A DNA stretch of 38,837 nucleotides from Candidatus Woesebacteria bacterium (GCA_050115675.1 JASFQB010000005.1:88556-127392), one strand, 5' to 3'. Positions 18,525-26,929 are shown, counted from the stretch's first letter. Notes: a model not told the origin generated them from the sequence alone. Made by a program: numbers and translations.

Positions 18525-21296
18525 GTGGCCATGGCGCAAAATACGGCAGCGCTTAAATTAAAGCGGCATTTTACAGAGGAAGATACGCATCCATACGACA
18601 TGCTGAGGTGGGTGACCACGGACTCAAAAATTACCAATCCAGGCACAGGAGAAACTGTTTTTGAGCAAAAACAGGTAAGCTTTCCGGATACCTGGAGTCA
18701 GAACGCAATAAACATTGTGGCTCAAAAGTATTTTTATGGCACCCCTGGTACGAATCAGCGGGAGTCGTCGTTGAAGCACCTTATTAACAGAGTAGCTGAT
18801 ACGATAACTACGCATGGTTTAGAGCAGGGTTATTTTATTGACGAAGGCGAATCTAAAATTTTTAGCGATGAGCTTAAGTACGTTTTAGCTACACAGCGCG
18901 CAGCATTTAACTCGCCCGTTTGGTTTAATATTGGTGCCCCTGATCGTGCACAGCAGGCTAGTGCGTGCTTTATCTTGAAGGTAGAGGATAGCTTGCCTTC
19001 TATTTTAAACTGGTACCGCGAAGAGGGAATGATTTTTAAGGGAGGCTCTGGTGCTGGCTTAAACATAAGTGAGATCCGATCATCCTACGAGCGGCTAAGT
19101 GGTAGTGGAGGAAAGGCTTCTGGTCCAGTTAGCTTTATGCGTGGCGCAGACGCATCCGCCGGTACTATTGCCAGTGGCGGCAAGACCCGTCGTGCCGCAA
19201 AAATGGTTATTTTAAACATTGATCACCCTGATGTAGAGAAGTTTATTTGGTGTAAGGCTCGCGAAGAGCGCAAGTCTCGCGTGCTAAAAGAAGCAGGCTT
19301 TGACATGGGGCTTAATGGTGAGGATGCGATTTCTATTCAGTACCAAAATGCTAACAACTCCGTACGCGTAACAGATGACTTTATGCGCGCAGTAGAAAGC
19401 GACGATGATTGGGGCTTAGTAGGCGTAAAAGACAAAAAAGTCTACAAAACAACGCGCGCTAAAGATTTGTTTCGTCAAATTGCCGAAGCTGCATGGGAAT
19501 GCGCTGATCCAGGTATGCAGTTTGACACAACTGTTAATGACTGGAATACAACTCCAAAAGCTGGTAAAATTAATGGCTCAAACCCCTGTTCTGAGTACAT
19601 GCACCTGGATAACACTGCATGTAACCTGGCCAGTTTAAACCTGCTTAAATTCTTAAATGACGATGGAAGTTTTGATTTTGAAGGCTTTAAGCATGTAACC
19701 CAAATTATATTTTTGTCGCAAGAAATACTGGTTGGTTATTCTAGCTATCCTACAGAGTCGATTGATAAGGGTGCGCGTGCGTACCGCGAACTAGGAATTG
19801 GTTATGCCAACTTGGGCGCAATGCTAATGGCTCGCGGTTTGCCGTACGACAGCGACGAAGGTCGTGCGTTGGCCGCTGCTGTAACTGCTTTGCTAACTGG
19901 ATATTCGTATGCAACAAGCGCCAAGATTGCAAAACGTGTGGGCTCGTTTGCGGGATATCACAAAGACAAAGAGGGTGCAATTCGCGTACTTAAAAAACAT
20001 CGCAATGCTGTTGATGACATAAACTCAAAATATGTTGAGAAAGACTTGCTAAAAGCTGTGTCCGAGGTTTGGAACGAGGCTGTAGAGCTTGCCGAAATGT
20101 ACGGAGTGCGCAACGCCCAGGCATCTGTTTTGGCACCCACGGGCACAATTGGTTTAATGATGGACTGCGACACTACCGGTGTTGAGCCTGATTTTGCGTT
20201 GATTAAGCACAAAAACTTAGTTGGCGGTGGCTCTATGGCGATTGTTAACCAAACGGTTTCGCGTGCGCTTAAAACTTTGGATTACAACAAAGAACATAGT
20301 AAAGAAATTGTTGATTACATTCACGAGCACAACACAATTGTGGGCGCCCCGCATCTTAAAGATGAGCACCTTGGCGTGTTTGCCTGTGCAGTTGGTCAAA
20401 ATTCAATTCATTATTTGGGCCATGTTAAGATGATGTCTGCGGTCCAGCCGTTTATATCTGGTGCAATTAGCAAAACTGTCAACATGCCACAAGAAGCAAG
20501 CGTAGAAGATGTTGAACAGCTTCATATGGATGCATGGAAGATGGGAATTAAGGCTATTGCAATTTATCGCGACGGTAGTAAAGTGGGACAGCCTTTAAGT
20601 AGTAAAAAGCAAAAAGAGGCAGCCAAAAAAGATGCACCTCAACAAGAGCCGGTGGTAAGTTTGCCGGTAGTAGTAAAAGGCGCAGTTAAGCGGGAGTTGC
20701 CACGAATTAGAAACAGTCGGACTTTTGAATTCCACGTTAGCGACTTAAAGGGTTATGTAACGGTTGGCGAATACGAAGACGGTACTCCTGGCGAAGTGTT
20801 CTTTAGGATCTCAAAACAAGGATCAACCTTGTCTGGAATAATGGATAGTTTGGCAATTAGCGTTAGCCATGGCTTGCAATACGGTGTACCTCTAAAGAGT
20901 TACGCCAAGGCAATGATTAATACAAGTTATGCGCCGGCTGGCATTACGGATGATCCAGAAATCCGAACGGCTTCAAGCATCACAGACTATATCTTTCGTC
21001 GTTTAGCGCTAGAGTACCTAAATTTTGACGACAGGCTAGAGTTGGGGTTGGCATCTTTTGATGATCTTGAGGCAGAAACTCAAGCAAATCAAATAAGTTT
21101 ACTTGAGCAGCCGGTCGTTGGTCAAAAAAACACACCAATTTTAGAGCAAAAAACTGTAGAAGTTAAAATGGCAACGGCGAAGATCGAAGTTAGTGCTTCG
21201 GATTCACCATTGTGCAGTAATTGCGGAAACATCACAAAACCGTCTGGTAGTTGTCATGTTTGCACAAGTTGTGGTTCTACTACAGGTTGCAGCTAA
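18525..21296 (+). CDS. nrdJ: Class II (adenosylcobalamin-dependent) ribonucleotide reductase
   Basis: FNSPVWFN, SACFI, NPCSEY, APTGTI, GAISKTVN, YRDGSK and a C-terminal Cys-rich tail. SD AAGGAGG at 18514-20; start is GTG 18525 or ATG 18531. Confidence 0.96.
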   Translation: MAMAQNTAALKLKRHFTEEDTHPYDMLRWVTTDSKITNPGTGETVFEQKQVSFPDTWSQNAINIVAQKYFYGTPGTNQRESSLKHLINRVADTITTHGLEQGYFIDEGESKIFSDELKYVLATQRAAFNSPVWFNIGAPDRAQQASACFILKVEDSLPSILNWYREEGMIFKGGSGAGLNISEIRSSYERLSGSGGKASGPVSFMRGADASAGTIASGGKTRRAAKMVILNIDHPDVEKFIWCKAREERKSRVLKEAGFDMGLNGEDAISIQYQNANNSVRVTDDFMRAVESDDDWGLVGVKDKKVYKTTRAKDLFRQIAEAAWECADPGMQFDTTVNDWNTTPKAGKINGSNPCSEYMHLDNTACNLASLNLLKFLNDDGSFDFEGFKHVTQIIFLSQEILVGYSSYPTESIDKGARAYRELGIGYANLGAMLMARGLPYDSDEGRALAAAVTALLTGYSYATSAKIAKRVGSFAGYHKDKEGAIRVLKKHRNAVDDINSKYVEKDLLKAVSEVWNEAVELAEMYGVRNAQASVLAPTGTIGLMMDCDTTGVEPDFALIKHKNLVGGGSMAIVNQTVSRALKTLDYNKEHSKEIVDYIHEHNTIVGAPHLKDEHLGVFACAVGQNSIHYLGHVKMMSAVQPFISGAISKTVNMPQEASVEDVEQLHMDAWKMGIKAIAIYRDGSKVGQPLSSKKQKEAAKKDAPQQEPVVSLPVVVKGAVKRELPRIRNSRTFEFHVSDLKGYVTVGEYEDGTPGEVFFRISKQGSTLSGIMDSLAISVSHGLQYGVPLKSYAKAMINTSYAPAGITDDPEIRTASSITDYIFRRLALEYLNFDDRLELGLASFDDLEAETQANQISLLEQPVVGQKNTPILEQKTVEVKMATAKIEVSASDSPLCSNCGNITKPSGSCHVCTSCGSTTGCS

Positions 21297-21315
21297 AACG
21301 AAAAAAGTTTTGCGC

Positions 21316-21340
21316 AAAAGCGGGCCTTTGGCCCGTTTTT
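21316..21340 (+). terminator. Intrinsic terminator after nrdJ
   Basis: AAAA-GCGGGCC-TTT-GGCCCGT-TTTT. Confidence 0.85.
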
Positions 21341-21427
21341 GTATAAGTTTGGAGTTGGAGCTGCGTTATTGAGTGCAGCGCTCTGGTAGCTTGTTTAATC
21401 GATCAAGCATTTGTTATATTTAAAGTA

Positions 21428-21694
21428 ATGAGAACGTTACTATTTTACAGGCCAAATTCTGAGCATTCTACGGCGGTAGAGGACTACTTGCGAGAGTTTA
21501 CGGCGCGCACAAATAAGGCGCTGCCAACTGTTGATGTTGACACAAAAGGTGGAATTGAAATGTGTCAGCTTTACGGAATTGTTAGTTACCCAACAATCAT
21601 TGCCATAGACGACAAAGGCCAAGAGTTGCAGCGCTGGGACGGTCCAATGTTGCCTCAGATTAGCGAAGTTAGTTATTATTTACCGCAAGATTAG
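21428..21694 (+). CDS. Thioredoxin-like fold protein lacking CxxC
   Basis: VDVDT...LYGIVSYPTIIAIDDKGQELQRW.G is the Trx C-terminal pattern with the cis-Pro. The active-site position reads FYRPNSEHS. Confidence 0.7.
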   Translation: MRTLLFYRPNSEHSTAVEDYLREFTARTNKALPTVDVDTKGGIEMCQLYGIVSYPTIIAIDDKGQELQRWDGPMLPQISEVSYYLPQD

Positions 21695-22091
21695 TTTGGT
21701 AGGCCTCATAAACTAATTTTTCTGCTCTTTTTTGGCTATTTTTGTATTGAGTCACATCAATAAAGTCAACCTTGGTTACTTCTGGGCCGGGTGATATCTC
21801 GTGCAAGTCATCGGAGCGTACCTGGTATACTACCCACATTAGCCAAGCATTTTTTTCTTCTAAAAACACGGTATGTGTTGAGGAGGGCAGTGCGAGTGTA
21901 AAGTTTTTTAAGTTTATTTCCTCAACTAGTTCACGGCGCAGTGCATCTAGCGGAGTTTCTCCGTGGTTGATTCCACCTCCTGGCAGGCTCCAGTTGTTGG
22001 AATTTTCTTTGCAAAGCAAAACTCTTCCGGTCGAATCTTTAATTAATGCTTTAATTGATACTCTGTAAAATGTATTAGGATACTTGCTCAT
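21669..22091 (-). CDS. NUDIX hydrolase
   Basis: Nudix box WSLPGGGINHGETPLDALRRELVEEI. Start moved to ATG 22091, which has TAAAAT 7 nt upstream. Confidence 0.9.
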   Translation of the reverse strand: MSKYPNTFYRVSIKALIKDSTGRVLLCKENSNNWSLPGGGINHGETPLDALRRELVEEINLKNFTLALPSSTHTVFLEEKNAWLMWVVYQVRSDDLHEISPGPEVTKVDFIDVTQYKNSQKRAEKLVYEAYQTNLAVNNN

Positions 22092-22120
22092 GTAAGTTAT
22101 TTTATGTCGTTTTTTGCCTC

Positions 22121-22149
22121 TTGCCAATCTCTATTTTTGTGGTTATAAT
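22121..22149 (+). promoter_or_regulatory. Sigma70-type promoter of the ileS leader
   Basis: TTGCCA(22121-26)-N17-TATAAT(22144-49). Confidence 0.8.
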
Positions 22150-22155
22150 TACGCT

Positions 22156-22370
22156 ATACATGCGCTCTAGCTTGGCTAGATTAGCGGTTATCAGCCGTAA
22201 AGCAGCAAGAAGAAATTACCCTAAAAGGTAAAATTAGACCTTGACGGACAAGCGACCCGTAAGATTGCAAAATAAGCGCTAAAAGAGTCATCTCTTTTGG
22301 AAACCGGATGGTACCGCCCGTATGGGTTCCGGTAGACAAAAGTGATGACTTTTATTATTTAGGAGTAAAA
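22156..22370 (+). ncRNA. T-box riboswitch (ileS, ultrashort Stem I, probably translational)
   Basis: Discriminator domain ACCGGA-[UGGUACC]-GCCC-GUAU-GGGU-UCCGGU (22303-22333). Stem III AAAAGAG-UCAU-CUCUUUU (22281-98). Stem I GCGGUU-AUC-AGCCGU with the Ile codon in the loop (22190-92). Stem II and IIA-like hairpins lie between. No GC-rich terminator before SD AGGAG (22361-65). Confidence 0.88.
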
Positions 22371-25238
22371 ATGTCAGAGGTTAAAAAGTCTCAACTAGCC
22401 CAAGCCGAAGAAGAAGTGATGGCTTTATGGCGCCAAGAAGACACATTTAAAAAAAGTTTAGACAACCGCAAAGATGGTCCAGTTTTTAGTTTTTACGACG
22501 GGCCGCCATTTGCAAACGGTTTGCCGCATTTTGGACATAGTTTGGTGACCAGCATCAAAGACTCTTTTGGGCGTTACAAAACTATGCGCGGATATTACGT
22601 TCCGCGCCGTAACGGGTGGGACTGTCACGGTTTGCCGGTAGAATTTGCCATAGAAAAAGAATTTGACGTAAGCGGCAAAAAGCAAATTTTAGATTTAGGT
22701 CTAGACAAATTTAACCACGCCTGTCGCGACTCGGTGTTCAAATACAAAGGTGAGTGGGAAGGTTTTTTTGAGCGCATTGGCCGCTGGACCGATACCGAAC
22801 ACGCCTATGCCACCATAAATCGTGACTACACAGAAAGCGTTTGGTGGGTAATGAAGCAAGTCCACGACAAAGACCTTTTGTACAAAGGTTACAAAAGTAT
22901 GCCGTACTGCCCGCGCTGCGCCACGCCGCTGTCTAACTTTGAGCTTAACGAAGGCTACCGCGACAACGTGCCGGACCCAAGCTTGTTTGTTAAATTTAAA
23001 CTTGCTGACGAAGACGCATATTTGCTGGGCTGGACAACTACCCCGTGGAGCTTGCCAGGTAACGCCGCAATAGCCGTAAATCCGCACGAGCAATACGTTT
23101 ATGTAGAAACCGATGGGCAAGTGCTAATTTTAGCCAAAAAACGCCTAGAGGCCGTAATGAAAGACGAGCGTCAATTTAAAGTCTTAAAAGAGGTAGAAGC
23201 AGCCGAACTAGTTGGTAAAAAATACCTACCGTTGTTTGAGCTAGATAATTTGCAAAATCTTGCAGGTCACGAAAACTTTTATAAAATTTGGCCAGCAGAT
23301 TTTGTAAGTGTTGATGACGGTACTGGTGTTTTGCACGTTGCGCCAGCATTTGGTGAGGACGACCTAAAACTAGGGCAAGAAAATAACATTCCCGTCAGAA
23401 AAACCGTTGACGAAGCCGGAAAAATGATGGACGACATTGGCTTTGCAGACATCGCAGGCATGTTCTTTAAAAAGGCCGACCAACATGTAATTGAGCATCT
23501 ATCTAAACAAGGTTATGTTTTTGCGGCGGAGACTTTTGAGCACACATATCCGTTTTGTTACAGATGTGACAGTCCGTTATTTTACTACTCAATCAATACT
23601 TGGTTTGTGCGTGTTTCGGCAATTAAAAAACAATTGCTAAAAACCGCTCAAGAAATTAATTGGACGCCAGAACACATTAAAGAAGGTCGCTTTGGTAAGT
23701 GGCTGGCTGGCGCGCGTGACTGGGCGATTAGCCGCAATCGTTATTGGGGCGCACCAATGCCAGTTTGGGCAAATGTGGAAGACGAGAACGACTACATTGT
23801 GATTGGAAGCATTGACGAGCTTAAGACTTTGGCAGGTGACGATATTGATGTTACAGATTTGCATCGCCCAAATATCGACCAAATTACCTTTACTAAAGAT
23901 GGCAAAACTTACAAGCGTATCGAAGAAGTAATTGACTGCTGGTTCGAATCTGGCAGCATGCCCGTCGCGCAGCAGCACTATCCGTTTGAAAACAAAGAGG
24001 TTTTTGAAAAATCTTTCCCAGCAGATTACATTGGCGAAGGCCTAGATCAAACGCGCCTATGGTTTTACGTTCAACACGTAATTGCCACAATTTTATTTGA
24101 CCGCCCAGCGTACAAAAACGTTGTTGTAAACGGAATGATAATGGCGGCAGACGGACAAAAATTAAGCAAGCGGCTTAAAAACTATCCGCCAGTTGACGAT
24201 GTATTTTCTACCGAAGGCGCAGACACTTTGCGCATGTATCTTTTGAGCAGCACGCAGGCAACCGTAAGTGCAGACTATATGCGCTTTAGCCGCGACGCCA
24301 TGAAGGATCTAAACCGCAATGTGTTTGGGCGCTTGCAAAACAGCTACCGTTTTTACAAAATGTACGCCGACATTGACGGCTTTAAGCACGAGGGCGAACT
24401 GACCGATCCACAAAGCGAAAATCCGTTAGACACATGGATGGTTTCTAGAGTAAATCAGGCCGTTGCCGAGGCTACTCGCCAGGCAGATGACTTTAAAATT
24501 GCCCATGCAATTGCACCAATTTATGCGTTAATAGACGACATGTCAAACTGGTTTATTCGGCGTAGCCGCCGCCGTTTTTGGAAGAGTGATGACGATGGAG
24601 ACAAGCAATCCGCTTACCAAACCTTGCACTTTACGCTAGTGCGAACCTGTCAGCTTCTGGCACCGTGGGCTCCATTTTTAAGCGACAAATTGTATCGCGA
24701 GCTAATGAACGGGCAATCCGTACATCTTAGTAGCTGGCCAGAGGTGGGTGAGGTAAGCCAAAATGTTGTTGACGATATGGCGCGTGCTCGCGACTATATA
24801 AACGAAGGTTTAAGCCAGCGTGCTGCTGCAAAAATTAAGGTTCGACAACCGCTTACTGGCGTTATCGTTCCGCAATTACCAGAAGAGTACAAAGATGTTT
24901 TGGCAGACGAGCTAAACGTTAAAGAGGTAAAATGGGGCGACCAAGTTGGGTTGGACACAAACATTACTCCCGAGCTAAAAGCCGAAGGCCTAATGCGTGA
25001 CGTAATTAGATGTGTTCAAAACGCCCGAAAACAAGCGGACTTGCAGGTTGATGACCGAATAAAACTTGGCCTAAAAACAGACGACTCCGAACTTGCTGCG
25101 GCAATAAGAACTCACCAGCAAACCATAATGGCAGAAACCTTAGCAGCTCAACTTACGACTGACGCAGATTTTGAACACAAGTTACAAGTAAAAATTGAAG
25201 GTGTTTTGTTAGATATCTCGTTAGAAACTTTAAAATAG
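22371..25238 (+). CDS. ileS: Isoleucyl-tRNA synthetase, type 2
   Basis: DGPPFANGLPHFGH, GWDCHGLPVE, WTTTPW, WAISRNRYWG, KLSKR; no C-terminal Zn-binding motif. True start is ATG 22371 behind AGGAG; the ORF-track start 22308 lies inside the T-box. Confidence 0.97.
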   Translation: MSEVKKSQLAQAEEEVMALWRQEDTFKKSLDNRKDGPVFSFYDGPPFANGLPHFGHSLVTSIKDSFGRYKTMRGYYVPRRNGWDCHGLPVEFAIEKEFDVSGKKQILDLGLDKFNHACRDSVFKYKGEWEGFFERIGRWTDTEHAYATINRDYTESVWWVMKQVHDKDLLYKGYKSMPYCPRCATPLSNFELNEGYRDNVPDPSLFVKFKLADEDAYLLGWTTTPWSLPGNAAIAVNPHEQYVYVETDGQVLILAKKRLEAVMKDERQFKVLKEVEAAELVGKKYLPLFELDNLQNLAGHENFYKIWPADFVSVDDGTGVLHVAPAFGEDDLKLGQENNIPVRKTVDEAGKMMDDIGFADIAGMFFKKADQHVIEHLSKQGYVFAAETFEHTYPFCYRCDSPLFYYSINTWFVRVSAIKKQLLKTAQEINWTPEHIKEGRFGKWLAGARDWAISRNRYWGAPMPVWANVEDENDYIVIGSIDELKTLAGDDIDVTDLHRPNIDQITFTKDGKTYKRIEEVIDCWFESGSMPVAQQHYPFENKEVFEKSFPADYIGEGLDQTRLWFYVQHVIATILFDRPAYKNVVVNGMIMAADGQKLSKRLKNYPPVDDVFSTEGADTLRMYLLSSTQATVSADYMRFSRDAMKDLNRNVFGRLQNSYRFYKMYADIDGFKHEGELTDPQSENPLDTWMVSRVNQAVAEATRQADDFKIAHAIAPIYALIDDMSNWFIRRSRRRFWKSDDDGDKQSAYQTLHFTLVRTCQLLAPWAPFLSDKLYRELMNGQSVHLSSWPEVGEVSQNVVDDMARARDYINEGLSQRAAAKIKVRQPLTGVIVPQLPEEYKDVLADELNVKEVKWGDQVGLDTNITPELKAEGLMRDVIRCVQNARKQADLQVDDRIKLGLKTDDSELAAAIRTHQQTIMAETLAAQLTTDADFEHKLQVKIEGVLLDISLETLK

Positions 25239-25252
25239 AATCTAAATAAAAA

Positions 25253-25308
25253 ACGGGTTTTATGCTCATCTTGGCGTGTTATGCCCAAAATAATAGCGTA
25301 AAACCCGT
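25253..25308. terminator. Long hairpin between convergent ileS and kinase genes
   Basis: ACGGGTTTTATGCT (25253-66) pairs with AGCGTAAAACCCGT (25295-308); followed by a T run on the - strand. Confidence 0.65.
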
Positions 25309-25314
25309 AAGGAG

Positions 25315-25770
25315 CTACTCGTCGTAGATAATGGCTCCTGGGTATGACTCCCAAAGAGAGATCATTTCCTTAATTACTTCAATAGGCGTTCCGTGCAGGT
25401 TGCGTCTAGCGGCCGTGGCGGGGTCGGGGTGTGGCATCTCGATCACAGTTACAGTGTATCCGTGCTCTGTTGCTGCAGCTATGTACGGTTCCATGTGCCA
25501 GAGCTGAACGTTAGTGTTGTCGCAAGCTACTACCTCGTGACCATCTTGCAGGCTCCTTTTAAACGCTGCCAGATTACGTGCATGATATTCGGGCAATCGA
25601 GTAGCATCAAATCGGTAAACGCCGTCAACTACAAAGTATTCATCTGTTGAATGTAAAGCTCCAGCTGGACCGGTCAGTCTGCGAGCCGCGGTGCTTTTGC
25701 CGCTGCCGGGGATTCCTCGCATAATGTAAGCTGTTCTCATTTTATAAAACCCCTCTGTCTTGAATGCCAT
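25315..25770 (-). CDS. P-loop kinase, AAA_33 / N4BP2-like polynucleotide-kinase family
   Basis: IMRGIPGSGKST, HSTDEYF, DNTNVQLWHMEPY, RNLHGTP. Confidence 0.85.
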   Translation of the reverse strand: MAFKTEGFYKMRTAYIMRGIPGSGKSTAARRLTGPAGALHSTDEYFVVDGVYRFDATRLPEYHARNLAAFKRSLQDGHEVVACDNTNVQLWHMEPYIAAATEHGYTVTVIEMPHPDPATAARRNLHGTPIEVIKEMISLWESYPGAIIYDE

Positions 25771-25835
25771 AGCGCTAGTAATTATATAATATTTTTAAAT
25801 ATGCTGCGACTTATAGCACTTGCGTAAAATTAAAA

Positions 25836-25863
25836 CGCCTTGCAATAAAAACATTGCAAGGCG
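25836..25863 (-). terminator. Intrinsic terminator of the small lipoprotein gene
   Basis: Perfect 11-bp inverted repeat CGCCTTGCAAT-N6-ATTGCAAGGCG, followed by TTTT on the - strand. Confidence 0.8.
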
Positions 25864-25870
25864 CAGGTTG

Positions 25871-26101
25871 CTACAAAATAGTCCATGATCCATCTGGGTG
25901 AATGGCCACAACGCCAGACAGAGTGAACTGTTGCATAGTGCGCTTCTTTGGCCTCTTCTTGCGGCGGGTGCTTGTGTCGTCATCGTCATCATCGTAGTCG
26001 ACGGTTCCGCTAGGTGCGCCACAAGCACTAATTGCAGCTACTGTGGTTAGCAGCCCCAAAAACAAAAAGACGTAAACTAAGGCCTTTGAAATGCTCTTCA
26101 T
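25871..26101 (-). CDS. Small putative lipoprotein
   Basis: MKSISK, hydrophobic stretch, lipobox-like ISA-C; SD GGGAG upstream; has its own terminator. Confidence 0.6.
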   Translation of the reverse strand: MKSISKALVYVFLFLGLLTTVAAISACGAPSGTVDYDDDDDDTSTRRKKRPKKRTMQQFTLSGVVAIHPDGSWTIL

Positions 26102-26222
26102 TGCTGCTCCCTTTGCAGAAGGTGATTATTATTTATAACATTTTTTTGTGCGCGAGTAAACAATATTGACAAAATCGCGTGTTAGTGCTAATGTTAAAGC
26201 ATAACTAAATAAAACAAAAAAT

Positions 26223-26432
26223 ATGGCAAAAATAAAACTTCCACAATTATTTAACCAAAAATTAACCTTTGAGCCTGTTTTAAACGAGGACGACGAGTTA
26301 ATTAAAGATATTAGCAACGATCCTGTTACTCACGATAACGTATGGCAACTAAAAGAAGAAATAAATGCTGATGATTTAGATAAGTTTTGGGATCAAACAC
26401 TAACCGAAATGCGCAGCGAAGAAACCAAGTAA
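26223..26432 (+). CDS. Small acidic hypothetical protein
   Basis: 69-aa ATG ORF filling the gap before rplU; TTGACA upstream at 26166-71. Confidence 0.65.
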   Translation: MAKIKLPQLFNQKLTFEPVLNEDDELIKDISNDPVTHDNVWQLKEEINADDLDKFWDQTLTEMRSEETK

Positions 26433-26515
26433 AGTTGGCATTGCTCTTTACAGAGGTAGCTAAAACTGATAAAATACTACAGAAATAGTAAATAAATCTT
26501 TAGAAGAGTTTTATA

Positions 26516-26824
26516 ATGAAAGCAGTCATTCAAGTTGGCGGCAAGCAATATGTTGTTGCCGAAAAAGAGACCCTATTGGTGGACCACCTCCAAGAAGGCG
26601 CAAAAGAGCTCTCGCTTGAACCACTGATGGTTTTTGACGCGAAAGACGTAAAAATTGGCACCCCAGTTGTTGCTGGTGCTAAGGTAACCGCAAAGGTTAT
26701 TGAATCTTTGGTGAAAGGCGAAAAAATTCGTGTTGCCAAATTTGAGGCCAAAAAGCGCGTTAAGACCATTAACGGACATCGTCAGCAGTACAGCAAAATT
26801 GCTATCGAAAAGATTAGCCTTTAG
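26516..26824 (+). CDS. rplU: 50S ribosomal protein L21
   Basis: MKAVIQVGGKQY...KGEKI...GHRQQY. Confidence 0.97.
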   Translation: MKAVIQVGGKQYVVAEKETLLVDHLQEGAKELSLEPLMVFDAKDVKIGTPVVAGAKVTAKVIESLVKGEKIRVAKFEAKKRVKTINGHRQQYSKIAIEKISL

Positions 26825-26834
26825 TTTATTCTAA

Positions 26835-26875
26835 AAAACAAAAAGCTTCGTCTAAAAACGGGGCCTTTTTGTTTT
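26835..26875 (+). terminator. Probable intrinsic terminator after rplU
   Basis: AAAACAAAAAGCTTCGT-CTAAAA-ACGGGGCCTTTTTGTTTT, an imperfect hairpin with a T tract. Confidence 0.65.
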
Positions 26876-26929
26876 CACAGACGCCTAAAACTGTTACAAT
26901 AACCATGAACGAGAGGTAAAAATACACAA

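Noticed and set aside
22308-22370. 21-aa N-terminal extension of IleRS in the ORF track
   Set aside because: That ATG lies within the T-box helix and bulge; ATG 22371 has a proper AGGAG SD.
26516-26875. rplU without adjacent rpmA
   Set aside because: The operon split is real here but is a minor rearrangement; rpmA may lie elsewhere in the genome.
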